DNA from: a virus
UHGV virus genome: UHGV-1519562
Length of the DNA stretch: 64,000 nucleotides
Reading direction: 5' to 3' (one strand)
In this document: positions 53,535 to 62,839 of the stretch, piece by piece
Numbering within the stretch: the stretch's first letter is position 1
How the letters are laid out: every line of letters begins with the position of its first letter
Made by a program: the position numbers and the translations under genes
Notes under the pieces: generated by a model
What the model saw: only the letters and a program-made list of their open reading frames with translations
The model's database searches: none
Told to the model about the DNA's origin: nothing

Positions 53535-55058
53535 ATGGAAAATAAGATGCTTAATATTTTGAAGGAAAAGAATACTCATTCTATCACTGAGAATAGCGGT
53601 TTGACTTATAATTCTACGATGAATGGAATTATGGATTTGTTTGCTCTTGGTGGCGCTTATCGAAATCGCTCAGATGATGATTGTATTTTTCTTTTTAAAA
53701 AGGCTTTTGAGGAAGATATTTCTTATGCCTTGAAGTGTCTCTTTTATTTGCGAGATGTACGTGGTGGACAGGGAGAACGCAGATTTTTTAAGGTTGTAAC
53801 TTCTTGGTTGGCAGTTAATCATATCGAGGAAATGCGTAGAAATCTGAAGTATATTCCTGAGTATGGTCGCTGGGATGATTTGTATGCTTTTGTTGATACT
53901 CCGCTTGAGGCAGATGCTTTTAAGACTATGTATCATCAGCTTGCTCTTGATGTTCAGTGTAAAACTCCTTCTCTTTTGGCTAAGTGGTTGAAGTCTGAAA
54001 ATACTTCTTCTGCGGAATCTCGTATGCTTGGAACTAAAACCAGAATGGCCTTTAATATGTCTCCTAAGCAGTATCGCAAAACTCTCTCTATTCTTCGTGA
54101 AAGAATTAGAGTTTTGGAAAGATTGATGAGTGAAAATCGTTGGGATGAAATTGAATTTGATAAGATTCCTTCTAAGGCAGGTCTAAAGTATCGCAATGCT
54201 TTCGCAAAGCACGATATTGAAAGAGAAAAGTCTAATAAGGTAACTTATGAAGAGTTTGTAAAGGATTCTAATACTAAGGTCAATGCTGATACTCTGAATC
54301 CCGCAGATGTAGTTCATGCTGTTATGTCTAAATTTCCTTATTATAGAGGAAATTTTAATGGAACCGATGTAGAGAGAGCTGCACTCAATAAGTATTGGGA
54401 TAATCTAAAGGATTATTTTAATAATGCTGTTTTTGACGGTGTTGCTGTCGTTGATACTTCTGGTTCTATGTGTGGTTTTTATGGTAGTGAGAAAACTATT
54501 GCACCTATTGATGTAGCTATTTCTCTTGGTATGTATTGTGCTGAGAAGTGTAATCCCAATTCTCCCTGGTATGGACATTATATTACTTTTTCTCGAACTG
54601 CAAGATTGGTGCCTGTTGAAGGTATTGATTTTGTTGATAAGGTGCGTCGAATTTATCAAAAGAATCTTTGTGAGAATACCGACATTAAAAGTATTTTTGA
54701 TTTGCTATTGAGTAATGCTATTAAATATAATATTCCTAATGAAGAAATGCCTAAAAACATTGTAATCATTAGTGATATGGAATTTGATTATTGCGCTGGT
54801 TATTATAATAGTGATGAATATAGATCTGAAATGGAAAAGATTATGCAGGTTTGGAACTCTCATGGTTACACTACTCCGCATTTGATTTTCTGGAATGTTG
54901 ACGCTCGAAATGATAATATTCCCATGAAGATGAAAGATGGTATTACTTTTATTTCTGGCTACTCTGCGGTAACTTATGAAATGTTGATGACTGGTAAAAC
55001 TGGTTTTGATTTGGTTTTGGAAAAGTTGAATAGCAAGAGATATGAAGTAATCAAGTAA
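53535..55058 (+). CDS. vWA (MIDAS) domain protein, DUF2828-like; possible Ro60/Rsr-like RNA-binding protein
   Basis: 507 aa; MIDAS-like VAVVDTSGSM in the C-terminal half after a roughly 300-aa mainly helical N-terminal region (architecture of TROVE plus vWA proteins); family assignment is from memory. Confidence 0.5.
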   Translation: MENKMLNILKEKNTHSITENSGLTYNSTMNGIMDLFALGGAYRNRSDDDCIFLFKKAFEEDISYALKCLFYLRDVRGGQGERRFFKVVTSWLAVNHIEEMRRNLKYIPEYGRWDDLYAFVDTPLEADAFKTMYHQLALDVQCKTPSLLAKWLKSENTSSAESRMLGTKTRMAFNMSPKQYRKTLSILRERIRVLERLMSENRWDEIEFDKIPSKAGLKYRNAFAKHDIEREKSNKVTYEEFVKDSNTKVNADTLNPADVVHAVMSKFPYYRGNFNGTDVERAALNKYWDNLKDYFNNAVFDGVAVVDTSGSMCGFYGSEKTIAPIDVAISLGMYCAEKCNPNSPWYGHYITFSRTARLVPVEGIDFVDKVRRIYQKNLCENTDIKSIFDLLLSNAIKYNIPNEEMPKNIVIISDMEFDYCAGYYNSDEYRSEMEKIMQVWNSHGYTTPHLIFWNVDARNDNIPMKMKDGITFISGYSAVTYEMLMTGKTGFDLVLEKLNSKRYEVIK

Positions 55059-55068
55059 ATAGTATTTT

Positions 55069-55098
55069 AAGAGAGGTAATTTTACCTCTCTTTTTTTA
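55069..55098 (+). terminator. intrinsic terminator
   Basis: AGAGAGGTAA TTT TACCTCTCT hairpin plus T7 run. Confidence 0.7.
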
Positions 55099-55112
55099 TA
55101 AGGAGGATTAAA

Positions 55113-56174
55113 ATGATATTATTAAATGATGATAATAGACATAGAGACTTTACAGGTGTAACTCGTTTCCATAATGCGGGCTATTTTGGAGAAAGAGTAA
55201 ATGCCGCAAGTGGAGAAACCTGGGATATTAATAGATATAATCCAGATAATTTAGTAAGAAATTGTTTAAAGGACAAACAATTTTCAGATGAACATCCAAT
55301 AAATACTGCGGCAACATTTTTTCAAGTAGCTCCAAAAGCTCATCTATTTATGCTTTATTCCATTGATGGCAGTTATGGCAGTAGAGATAATTATAACTCT
55401 AAATTTTTTAATGAATCAGTAGAAATTATTGAAAAATATAATATTACTAATATGTTTACCTCTTTAAATTGCAGTAGACATACTAAATTTTTTGAAGATT
55501 TAAAAAATTGGTATATTAAACATCCTAGTTTTAAACCCTTTTGGTGTGCAGGAAATGATTCTTCTAAAAAATATAATCCAATTATGGAAATTGAAGAAGT
55601 AATCGGCGTAGCCGCTTATACTTTAATGGTAGATGGTACAGTAAATCCTGCTTATTATTCTAGTATTAGTAGCTATGTAGATTTTTCTGCACCTAGTATG
55701 ATTTATTTAAATCCGCAAGCTACAAAACCAGACGCAGCAACTTATTCCAATTCTGGCACTTCTTTTTCTACACCTTGGTTATGTGGAATGAGCTGTCTGG
55801 TAGATGATTTCTTTATTGATAAAAAAGGATTACCTCTAACAAGAGAAGGAATGATTCAATTCTTCAAAGATAATTGTAAAGATATAGGCGATAAGGGAAT
55901 TGATCCAAAAACAGGATTTGGTGCGGTAATTTTACCTGAACCAAATTCTATTGATATTGATAAATATTATAATATTGGGAGGACAAATATGAGTACATTA
56001 GATAAATTTAAAGATAAAAATGATATTTCTAATTGGGCTAAAGCAAGTGTTGAATGGGCTGTTAATACAGGTATTCTTCAAGGTGATGATAAAGGCTATC
56101 TTTTACCCAAAGCTTACCTGACTAGAGAGCAAATGGCAGTTATGTTAGAGCGTTTTAAAAATATTATAAAATAA
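55113..56174 (+). CDS. S8-like serine peptidase with C-terminal SLH (S-layer homology) domain
   Basis: GTSFSTPWLCG resembles the subtilase catalytic-serine motif GTSMA.P; C-terminal W.KASVEWAVNTGILQGDDKGYLLPKAYLTREQMAVMLERF matches the SLH consensus. Confidence 0.5.
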   Translation: MILLNDDNRHRDFTGVTRFHNAGYFGERVNAASGETWDINRYNPDNLVRNCLKDKQFSDEHPINTAATFFQVAPKAHLFMLYSIDGSYGSRDNYNSKFFNESVEIIEKYNITNMFTSLNCSRHTKFFEDLKNWYIKHPSFKPFWCAGNDSSKKYNPIMEIEEVIGVAAYTLMVDGTVNPAYYSSISSYVDFSAPSMIYLNPQATKPDAATYSNSGTSFSTPWLCGMSCLVDDFFIDKKGLPLTREGMIQFFKDNCKDIGDKGIDPKTGFGAVILPEPNSIDIDKYYNIGRTNMSTLDKFKDKNDISNWAKASVEWAVNTGILQGDDKGYLLPKAYLTREQMAVMLERFKNIIK

Positions 56175-56262
56175 TTTTAAGGGAGTCATTTTGACTCCCT
56201 TTTTATTTTTTTAAAAATTTATATTATAATATATATAGAAATTAAGAAAGGAATTGATGTTT

Positions 56263-56597
56263 ATGAAATTATGGGTGGATGATATTCGGCCTGCGCTGCT
56301 GGTTATATTTGGGCTAAATCTGTTGAACAAGCGAAAACTATGATTTCTTTTGCTCAAAATGGTTTTTTAATTGGATTAACTGATGATATTTTTCTTGATT
56401 TAATATCTCTCGACCATGATGCTGGAGATTTTGCTTCTGATGGTGGTGATTATATTGAAATTTTAAATTGGTTAGAAAGGGTTCAAAATGCTTTTGCTTG
56501 GCCTCTTTCTTGTAAATTTCATCTTCATTCCCAAAATCCTGTGGGAGTTCAAAATATGAGGAGAATTATTCAACATAATCACTGGGAGGAGATTTAA
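56263..56597 (+). pseudogene. receiver-like (DD...D) small protein gene split by a frameshift into 56263-56343 and 56340-56597
   Basis: upstream frame encodes MKLWVDDIRPA...; downstream frame continues ...GYIWAKSVEQAKTMISF...ISLDHDAGDF; joined reading resembles a CheY-like acidic-pocket fold; the two frames overlap at ATGA. Confidence 0.35.
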
Positions 56598-56598
56598 T

Positions 56599-57495
56599 AT
56601 GAATAATTATCAAAATTTATATAATATTATTAAAACTATTTATATCCAAAAGCAAGAAGAAAAATCTACCAATTATCATTCTTATATCGAAATTCAAACA
56701 AGAGTAATGGAGCATTACCAAGAAGCTTTAAAAATTTTTCCTAAAGAAAATATTCTTGGTATTTTTTATCAAGGCGCCGCGAATTATGGTCTTGATACTG
56801 TAAATTCTGATGTTGATACTAAATGTCTTATTATTCCTACTATTGAAGATTTGGCTTTTAATAAAAAACCAGTAAGTTATACTCATGTTTTAAATAATAA
56901 TGAACACATTGATTTTAAAGATGTGCGGCTTTATATGAATGAGTTCCGCAAACAGAATATTAATTTTTTAGAAATTTTATACACTGATTATTGTTATGTA
57001 AATCCAAAATATCAATCTTTTTGGAATAAATTAATTTCTAAAAGAGATGAAATTGCTCATTATGATGAATTTAGAGCTTTAAATAGTATGCTTGGTATAA
57101 TGCAAAATGAGATTAATCGCATGTTTAAACCAACAGAGAGTCGAAAAGAAGTTGTAGAAAAATTTGGCTATGACCCAAAATGTTTTAGTCATTTAAATAG
57201 ACTTAGATTATTTTATAGTTGTTACTTGAATGATTCTTATTCTATTTGTTTAAAGTGTTATGATAGTTTTTGGAGAGAAAGATTAATCTTTTATAAAAAT
57301 GGATATGAAGATTTAAGTTTTGTAAAAATTTTTGTTGAAGATCAGCAAGAATGGGTAAAAAACCAGTATGAACGATTAAGTAATGAAAGAAAAAATTATT
57401 CTATCAATATAGAAATTTCTAATTACATGGATGAAGTATTATTAAATATTATTGAAAATTATTTGTGTTCATATTTTCAACCTACTGCTTTTTAA
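56599..57495 (+). CDS. nucleotidyltransferase (pol-beta superfamily NTase fold)
   Basis: GIFYQGAANYGLDTVNSDVDTK fits the hG[GS]x(9-13)Dh[DE]h NTase signature. Confidence 0.6.
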   Translation: MNNYQNLYNIIKTIYIQKQEEKSTNYHSYIEIQTRVMEHYQEALKIFPKENILGIFYQGAANYGLDTVNSDVDTKCLIIPTIEDLAFNKKPVSYTHVLNNNEHIDFKDVRLYMNEFRKQNINFLEILYTDYCYVNPKYQSFWNKLISKRDEIAHYDEFRALNSMLGIMQNEINRMFKPTESRKEVVEKFGYDPKCFSHLNRLRLFYSCYLNDSYSICLKCYDSFWRERLIFYKNGYEDLSFVKIFVEDQQEWVKNQYERLSNERKNYSINIEISNYMDEVLLNIIENYLCSYFQPTAF

Positions 57496-57507
57496 GGAGG
57501 AATTCTA

Positions 57508-58254
57508 GTGAAACAGTATTTTATCACTGGGGATACGCACGGTAAAAATTATCAACGTATTTGTCAAATGATTGAACAATATTCTTGCTCTCCTAAAAAT
57601 TCTTCTCTTATTATTCTTGGAGACGCAGGATTTAATTTTTGGTTAGATAAAAAAGAGCAAAAGTGGAAGAAAAGAGTAAATGATTTAGGATATTCGATTT
57701 ATTGTGTGCGGGGAAACCATGAAGAGCATCCTAAAAATTTACCTAATATTCAAGAAATTTGGGATGCAGAAATTCAAGGTTGGATTTATATTCAACCAGA
57801 TTTTCCTAACCTTAAATATTTGATTGACGGAAATACTTACTACTTTAATAGTCATTCTGCTATTGTTCTTGGTGGTGCTTATTCGGTTGATAAACATTAT
57901 AGATTAATGCAGGCTACTTTGAATCGTACCGATGATTGGACTGGTTGGTTTCCTGATGAACAATTAACACAGCAAGAGATGTTAGATATTAACAATAAAG
58001 TGATTAATCATCATTATGATTTAGTTCTATCTCATACTTGTCCTTTTGATTGGCGTCCTACTGCTTTATTTCTTCCTGGAATTGATCAATCTACTATTGA
58101 TAATACTATGGAAATTTGGATGAATGATTTAAAAGATAAGTTTTCTTGGAATAATTGGTTCTGGGGACACTTTCACGCAAATACAGATTACTATGATGGT
58201 AGATATATGTTATTTGAAAATATTTATAATTTAGAGGATTTAATTAATGATTGA
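57508..58254 (+). CDS. calcineurin-like metallophosphoesterase
   Basis: GDTHGK, GDAGFN, GNHEEH, WGHFH metal-binding motifs. Confidence 0.7.
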   Translation: MKQYFITGDTHGKNYQRICQMIEQYSCSPKNSSLIILGDAGFNFWLDKKEQKWKKRVNDLGYSIYCVRGNHEEHPKNLPNIQEIWDAEIQGWIYIQPDFPNLKYLIDGNTYYFNSHSAIVLGGAYSVDKHYRLMQATLNRTDDWTGWFPDEQLTQQEMLDINNKVINHHYDLVLSHTCPFDWRPTALFLPGIDQSTIDNTMEIWMNDLKDKFSWNNWFWGHFHANTDYYDGRYMLFENIYNLEDLIND

Positions 58255-58576
58255 TGGCGTTACAGTTTTAAAACAATATGATTTTACTTTGGACGCAAAT
58301 TTAATTATTATTCTTAGTATTTTAACTGGTATATTGTTTTTCTTTTTAGTTAAAATGCTTTGGTTTGATATGAAACCTGAAGGAAATTTAATACCTCTTA
58401 TATGGGGAGTAACGATTGGTTTATTAGCTGCTTTTTATTTAAAATCTGATGATTCTTCTCCTTGTCGTTATGATGTTATTATAGATGATTCTGTTTCAGT
58501 TAATGAATTATATAAAGATTATGAAATATTAAAAGTAGAAGGAAAAATTTATACAATTACTTTAAGGGAGAAATAA
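58247..58576 (+). CDS. small membrane protein
   Basis: two hydrophobic helices; overlaps previous stop. Confidence 0.5.
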   Translation: MIDGVTVLKQYDFTLDANLIIILSILTGILFFFLVKMLWFDMKPEGNLIPLIWGVTIGLLAAFYLKSDDSSPCRYDVIIDDSVSVNELYKDYEILKVEGKIYTITLREK

Positions 58577-58578
58577 TA

Positions 58579-59097
58579 ATGACTAATAAATATGAAGCAC
58601 GAATTTTCCCCAATGGACGTATCGCGTTTTATAAAAGCAAAGATTTAGAAGATGCCATCAAAGCTGATAAAGAATTGTTGATTGTATGTAATTGTCATAC
58701 TGGTGGAAGCACTTTAGCTATGGGCGCCCACAAAATGCCCGATCGGAATAATCCTGATGAAACTATCACATTTTTATACAACTCAAGCATCAGCCGTCAA
58801 GTATTTACAGGAGAAGAAATGAATCGTTTTTATAAGGTTATTTTTACTCCTGGCGAAAGGATTTTTGATAATAACTCTGACTATGCTACACGATATGACT
58901 ATGGCCACCATTGTTTCTATAATGGCAGCAAAAAAATGAAAGTAAATGAGGAAATGACTGCGCGTTATCTCAATAAAGAACAAGTAAAAGCAATGATTGG
59001 AATTGGTGTTTTTACTGAAAAGGCATTGGATTACTGTATTGAAGCAATAAGTAATAAAAATGCTATCGAAGATTCTGTAAACGAATGTTCTAGTTAA
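58579..59097 (+). CDS. hypothetical protein
   Basis: 172-aa ORF with GGGAG RBS. Confidence 0.55.
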   Translation: MTNKYEARIFPNGRIAFYKSKDLEDAIKADKELLIVCNCHTGGSTLAMGAHKMPDRNNPDETITFLYNSSISRQVFTGEEMNRFYKVIFTPGERIFDNNSDYATRYDYGHHCFYNGSKKMKVNEEMTARYLNKEQVKAMIGIGVFTEKALDYCIEAISNKNAIEDSVNECSS

Positions 59098-59229
59098 AAA
59101 GAAATTTATTTTAAATTTAAGGACAAAACTTTTAAAAGTTTTGTCATTAATTTATTTTTTTAAAAAAATATTATATAATATATATAGAAAGTTAAGGAAT
59201 AAATAAATAAGAAAGAGGTTGAAATTTTT

Positions 59230-59499
59230 ATGATTTATAGAAAAAGCAAATATAGTAAAGATCAGACTGCAATTTGGCAAGGTGAAACCGCGGTTATTCT
59301 TGCCCAATCAGCAGAAGCTATGACAATAGATGAAATTAAAAAGAATAGTATTCAATTAACAGGTGTTTCTACTCAAAAAATGGCTAGGATTCTTGGGCAT
59401 TTAATTGAAATGGGTATGGTAACAAAAGCAAAAAGCAAAAGTGGTAAAATGGTCTATAAATCTTTAGCAGTTATGGAAGCACAAGGCTATGAAATTTAA
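59230..59499 (+). CDS. small winged-helix-like protein (same family as 36614 ORF)
   Basis: MTIDEIKKN...TGVSTQKMARILGHLIEMGMVTKAKSKSGKMVYK. Confidence 0.5.
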   Translation: MIYRKSKYSKDQTAIWQGETAVILAQSAEAMTIDEIKKNSIQLTGVSTQKMARILGHLIEMGMVTKAKSKSGKMVYKSLAVMEAQGYEI

Positions 59500-59509
59500 A
59501 TAAAGGAGT

Positions 59510-60787
59510 TTGATATTTATGGCATACTATGGTTTAGTAACTAAAATTGAGAATGTAAGAAAAGACCCTAATTCTGATAGACTCTATTTAGCTGACTGTT
59601 TTAGAGAAGGAGTTATTGTAGGCCCTGATATAAAGGAAGGTGAGTTAGTTCTTTATCTTCCTACTGATGGAGCTATTGAGCGTTGGTTTGGTGATGAGTT
59701 TAAGCTTTTCCGCAAGAATTTAGATGGCACCGCACAAGGTGGTTATTTGGAAAATAATGCTCATATTAGAGCAATTAAGCTGAGAGGTAATGAATCTTCT
59801 GGTATTGTTATTTCTTATTCTGCTATTGTTGAGCATTTTGGTGAGCAAAATTGGAAAGACGGCGATCAAGTAACTGAAATTAATAATAAACTGTTTTGTT
59901 ATAAATATATTCCTAGACCTTCGGCTACTCCTCGCACTACTCCTAAGACTTCTTATAAAGGTCGTAAAGCAGCTGGAATTAAGTATCCTGATTTTGCTAT
60001 GCACATTGATACTGCTCAATTAGCTTACAATCTTGGAATCTTTAGACCTGGAGATAAAATTAATCTAACCCTTAAAATGCATGGAACTAGCCAGCGTAGT
60101 GCATATACTTGGGCAGAATATCCTATGTCTTGGTTTAGAAAACTATTTCATATGAAGCCTAAGAGAAAGTTACAGTATGTTTTAGGTACTCGTAGAACTG
60201 TTGTTACTACTGATGGGGCAGGTTATTATGGTAATGACAAATTTAGATTTAGTCATCATGAAGCTTTAAAACCTTATCTTGATGAAGGTATGGAGGTTTT
60301 TTATGAAGTAGTTGGTTGGTATGGAGCAAAAGAAAATGAAACTATTATGCCAATTGTAGATAATAGTAAAATTAATGACAAGAAATTTATGAAAAAGTTT
60401 GGTAAGTATACTACTTTTTCTTATGGTTGTACTCCTGGTCATTCTGCGATGTGGATTTATAGAATTACTTCTCACAATGGAGAGTATGAATATTCTCCAG
60501 AGGAAATTACTACTTGGTGTAATGAATATGGTTTTAATCGTGTTCCTATCATTGAGGATTTTGAATTTACTACTGTTGATGACTTGCTCGCTAAAATTGA
60601 CAAATATTTTGAAGATATTGTTGATCCAGTTGGTTTAACTCATGTTAAAGAAGGTGTAGTGGTTAGAATCGCTAATAGATGTACTTTTACTGCATTAAAA
60701 CAAAAAACCTGGGAGTTTAAAGTCCTTGAAGGTCTAGTTAAAGATACTGAAACCCAGCCCGATATGGAAGAAGCACAGGAGATTTAA
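59510..60787 (+). CDS. ATP-dependent RNA ligase (Rnl2-like nucleotidyltransferase motifs)
   Basis: motif I KMHGTS (compare T4 Rnl2 KIHGTN), motif IV HVKEGVVVR, motif V LKQKTWEFK. Confidence 0.65.
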   Translation: MIFMAYYGLVTKIENVRKDPNSDRLYLADCFREGVIVGPDIKEGELVLYLPTDGAIERWFGDEFKLFRKNLDGTAQGGYLENNAHIRAIKLRGNESSGIVISYSAIVEHFGEQNWKDGDQVTEINNKLFCYKYIPRPSATPRTTPKTSYKGRKAAGIKYPDFAMHIDTAQLAYNLGIFRPGDKINLTLKMHGTSQRSAYTWAEYPMSWFRKLFHMKPKRKLQYVLGTRRTVVTTDGAGYYGNDKFRFSHHEALKPYLDEGMEVFYEVVGWYGAKENETIMPIVDNSKINDKKFMKKFGKYTTFSYGCTPGHSAMWIYRITSHNGEYEYSPEEITTWCNEYGFNRVPIIEDFEFTTVDDLLAKIDKYFEDIVDPVGLTHVKEGVVVRIANRCTFTALKQKTWEFKVLEGLVKDTETQPDMEEAQEI

Positions 60788-60789
60788 AT

Positions 60790-61239
60790 ATGACTTTAGA
60801 AATTATGCACAATGACATGATGCAGGCTTTGAAGAATGGTGATACTCAAAAGAAGAATGTACTTTCCAATATGATTGGTGAAGTACAAAAAGCAGCAATT
60901 ACACCAAAAGGCAGAATTGAAATTACCGAAGAGCTTGTTAATAATACTTTAATCAAGTATCAAAAGATGATTCAAGAAATGATTGATACTTGTCCAGAAA
61001 ATCGCGAAGAGTTATTTATTCAATATAATCTTGATATGGCTGTTGTAAAGCAGTATGCACCACAACTTCTTACTGACAAAGAAGCAATTAAAACTCAAAT
61101 TGAAAAGATGCTTGCAGAAAATAAGCTCGATGCAATTAAGGCAAATAAAGGCAGAGCAATGAAACTTTTTGCTCCTGTTTTTAAAGGTAAAGCAGATATG
61201 AAAATTGTTAATCAAATTGTATCGGAGGTAATGACCTAA
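60790..61239 (+). CDS. GatB/YqeY-domain protein
   Basis: 149 aa; helical protein with ...KANKGRAMKLFAPVFKGKADMKIVNQIV... resembling the YqeY/GatB C-terminal domain. Confidence 0.5.
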   Translation: MTLEIMHNDMMQALKNGDTQKKNVLSNMIGEVQKAAITPKGRIEITEELVNNTLIKYQKMIQEMIDTCPENREELFIQYNLDMAVVKQYAPQLLTDKEAIKTQIEKMLAENKLDAIKANKGRAMKLFAPVFKGKADMKIVNQIVSEVMT

Positions 61240-61240
61240 T

Positions 61241-61420
61241 ATGTTTTATTTAATAATGACGATTATTTGGGGTATCTTAATGTGTGTTAATGGAGTTTTG
61301 CTATGCGAAACAATTTTACATAATAGATGTCAAGAAAAGAAAATGCGTATTTTCTGGTTCCTCTTTTGCGTATTTTGGTTTATTTTTGAAATCTTGCGGC
61401 TCGGAGGCTTTATTCTTTGA
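61241..61420 (+). CDS. small membrane protein (59 aa)
   Basis: ATG 61241 after GGAGG; highly hydrophobic; below track cutoff. Confidence 0.4.
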   Translation: MFYLIMTIIWGILMCVNGVLLCETILHNRCQEKKMRIFWFLFCVFWFIFEILRLGGFIL

Positions 61421-61635
61421 AAATTGTAATTGATAAAAAAGATTTTATGGAATATATTCGTGCTATGGTAGATAAGGATTTTGACAATTTTATGTTTGCA
61501 AATCCTTACGCGACAGAAGAAGATTATATTAATTTATATTATTCTTTTGATACAATTCATAATTTAGATGATATTTGTGAAGAAGAATATTGTAGAAGAA
61601 TTATTAATGGTGAAATAGAAGAAATTGAAGATTGA
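61417..61635 (+). CDS. hypothetical acidic protein
   Basis: 72-aa ORF, TTG start overlapping previous stop (TTGA), GGAGG 8 nt upstream. Confidence 0.4.
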   Translation: MKIVIDKKDFMEYIRAMVDKDFDNFMFANPYATEEDYINLYYSFDTIHNLDDICEEEYCRRIINGEIEEIED

Positions 61636-61735
61636 AAGAATTAAGGGCAAAGATTAAGATCTTTTGCCCTTAATTTATTTTTTTAAAAATTTATATTATA
61701 ATATATATAGAAAGTTAAGAAAGGAATTGATATTT

Positions 61736-61903
61736 ATGAATAAGGGTAAAGTTTATTGTTTTACTGACCTTCATGGCGATTCAAATTTGTTTAAGCAAAT
61801 TAAAAATTTCATTCAAGCAGAAGATAAAGTATTCGTGTTGGGTGATGTAATTGACAGAGGGACAGAAGGTTGTCAAAGCCTTTCTCTACACGAAAATATT
61901 TAA
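61736..61903 (+). pseudogene. truncated metallophosphoesterase (N-terminal fragment only)
   Basis: 56-aa product with TDLHGD and GDVIDRG motifs, then stop; downstream frame lacks the expected GNH motif. Confidence 0.4.
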
Positions 61904-62065
61904 CAGACAATAATATACGTATTATTTTTACAAATTATGTAGAAATGTTAAAATATAAAATTTGGAAAAAGACAGAAATTAAAAAAATAAATACAGAAAA
62001 AGAAAGAAAAGAACTTAAAGAATATTTTGAAATTGTAAAAAAACAAATTGAGGAGTTTGATAAAA

Positions 62066-62341
62066 ATGTCTAAAGACCCTAGAAAATATGAAATGCACGA
62101 TTTTTATTGTATGAATTGCGGAAAGAAGTCAATGTCAATTCCTCGATTAAGAGGACGTTTTAGAGAAGTTGGGCATAAGAAAGTTATGTATTGCCCTCAT
62201 TGTAAAGAAACTGTTAATATGGTAGAATGTAGAAACGATGAAGAAGCATATAATTTTAAACTAGATTTTGAAGAAGGTCTTTTTAAAGAAGAAGCACAAA
62301 ATAGTATTTCTTATGTAAAGGAGTTTGGTATTTATGATTAA
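62066..62341 (+). CDS. zinc-ribbon protein (hypothetical)
   Basis: CMNCG...CPHC pair; ATG 62066 after GAGGAG. Confidence 0.5.
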   Translation: MSKDPRKYEMHDFYCMNCGKKSMSIPRLRGRFREVGHKKVMYCPHCKETVNMVECRNDEEAYNFKLDFEEGLFKEEAQNSISYVKEFGIYD

Positions 62342-62837
62342 TTTGCATATTCTTTGTGGTATTCCTGCTTCCGGCAAATCTACTTGGGCAAAACAACAGA
62401 ATGGTAAAATTATTTCAAGAGATGAAATCCGTAAGAATTATGTAGGCGAAAATCCTGGAAAAAATTATTTTAGTAAAGAAAAACAAGTATATAAAGAAAT
62501 GATTACAAATATTAAAATTGCAATCAAAGAAAATATAAAAAATATTTATATAGATGCAACTCATATTGATGTTTCTTCAAGAGCTAAACTTTTAAACAAT
62601 TTTTTTAATCTAAAAGATAAGAATAATATTAATCTTACTTTTGATTATTTTCCTATTCTTTTAGATGTTGCTTTAAAAAGAAATTCTGAAAGAGAAGGTT
62701 TTGCTAAAGTCCCAGAAGAAGCAATAAAAAATTTTTATTTTAAATCTTCTATTCCTTCTAAGGATGAGATGAATAAATATCTTGATTGGGGTTTTCATAA
62801 TGTGAATACTATTTTGCATTATACTGAGGAGGTGTAA
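62325..62837 (+). CDS. polynucleotide kinase-like P-loop kinase
   Basis: Walker A GIPASGKST at the N-terminus; 170 aa; immediately followed by a phosphoesterase gene (Pnkp-like kinase plus phosphatase arrangement). Confidence 0.6.
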   Translation: MVFMINLHILCGIPASGKSTWAKQQNGKIISRDEIRKNYVGENPGKNYFSKEKQVYKEMITNIKIAIKENIKNIYIDATHIDVSSRAKLLNNFFNLKDKNNINLTFDYFPILLDVALKRNSEREGFAKVPEEAIKNFYFKSSIPSKDEMNKYLDWGFHNVNTILHYTEEV

Positions 62838-62839
62838 TA

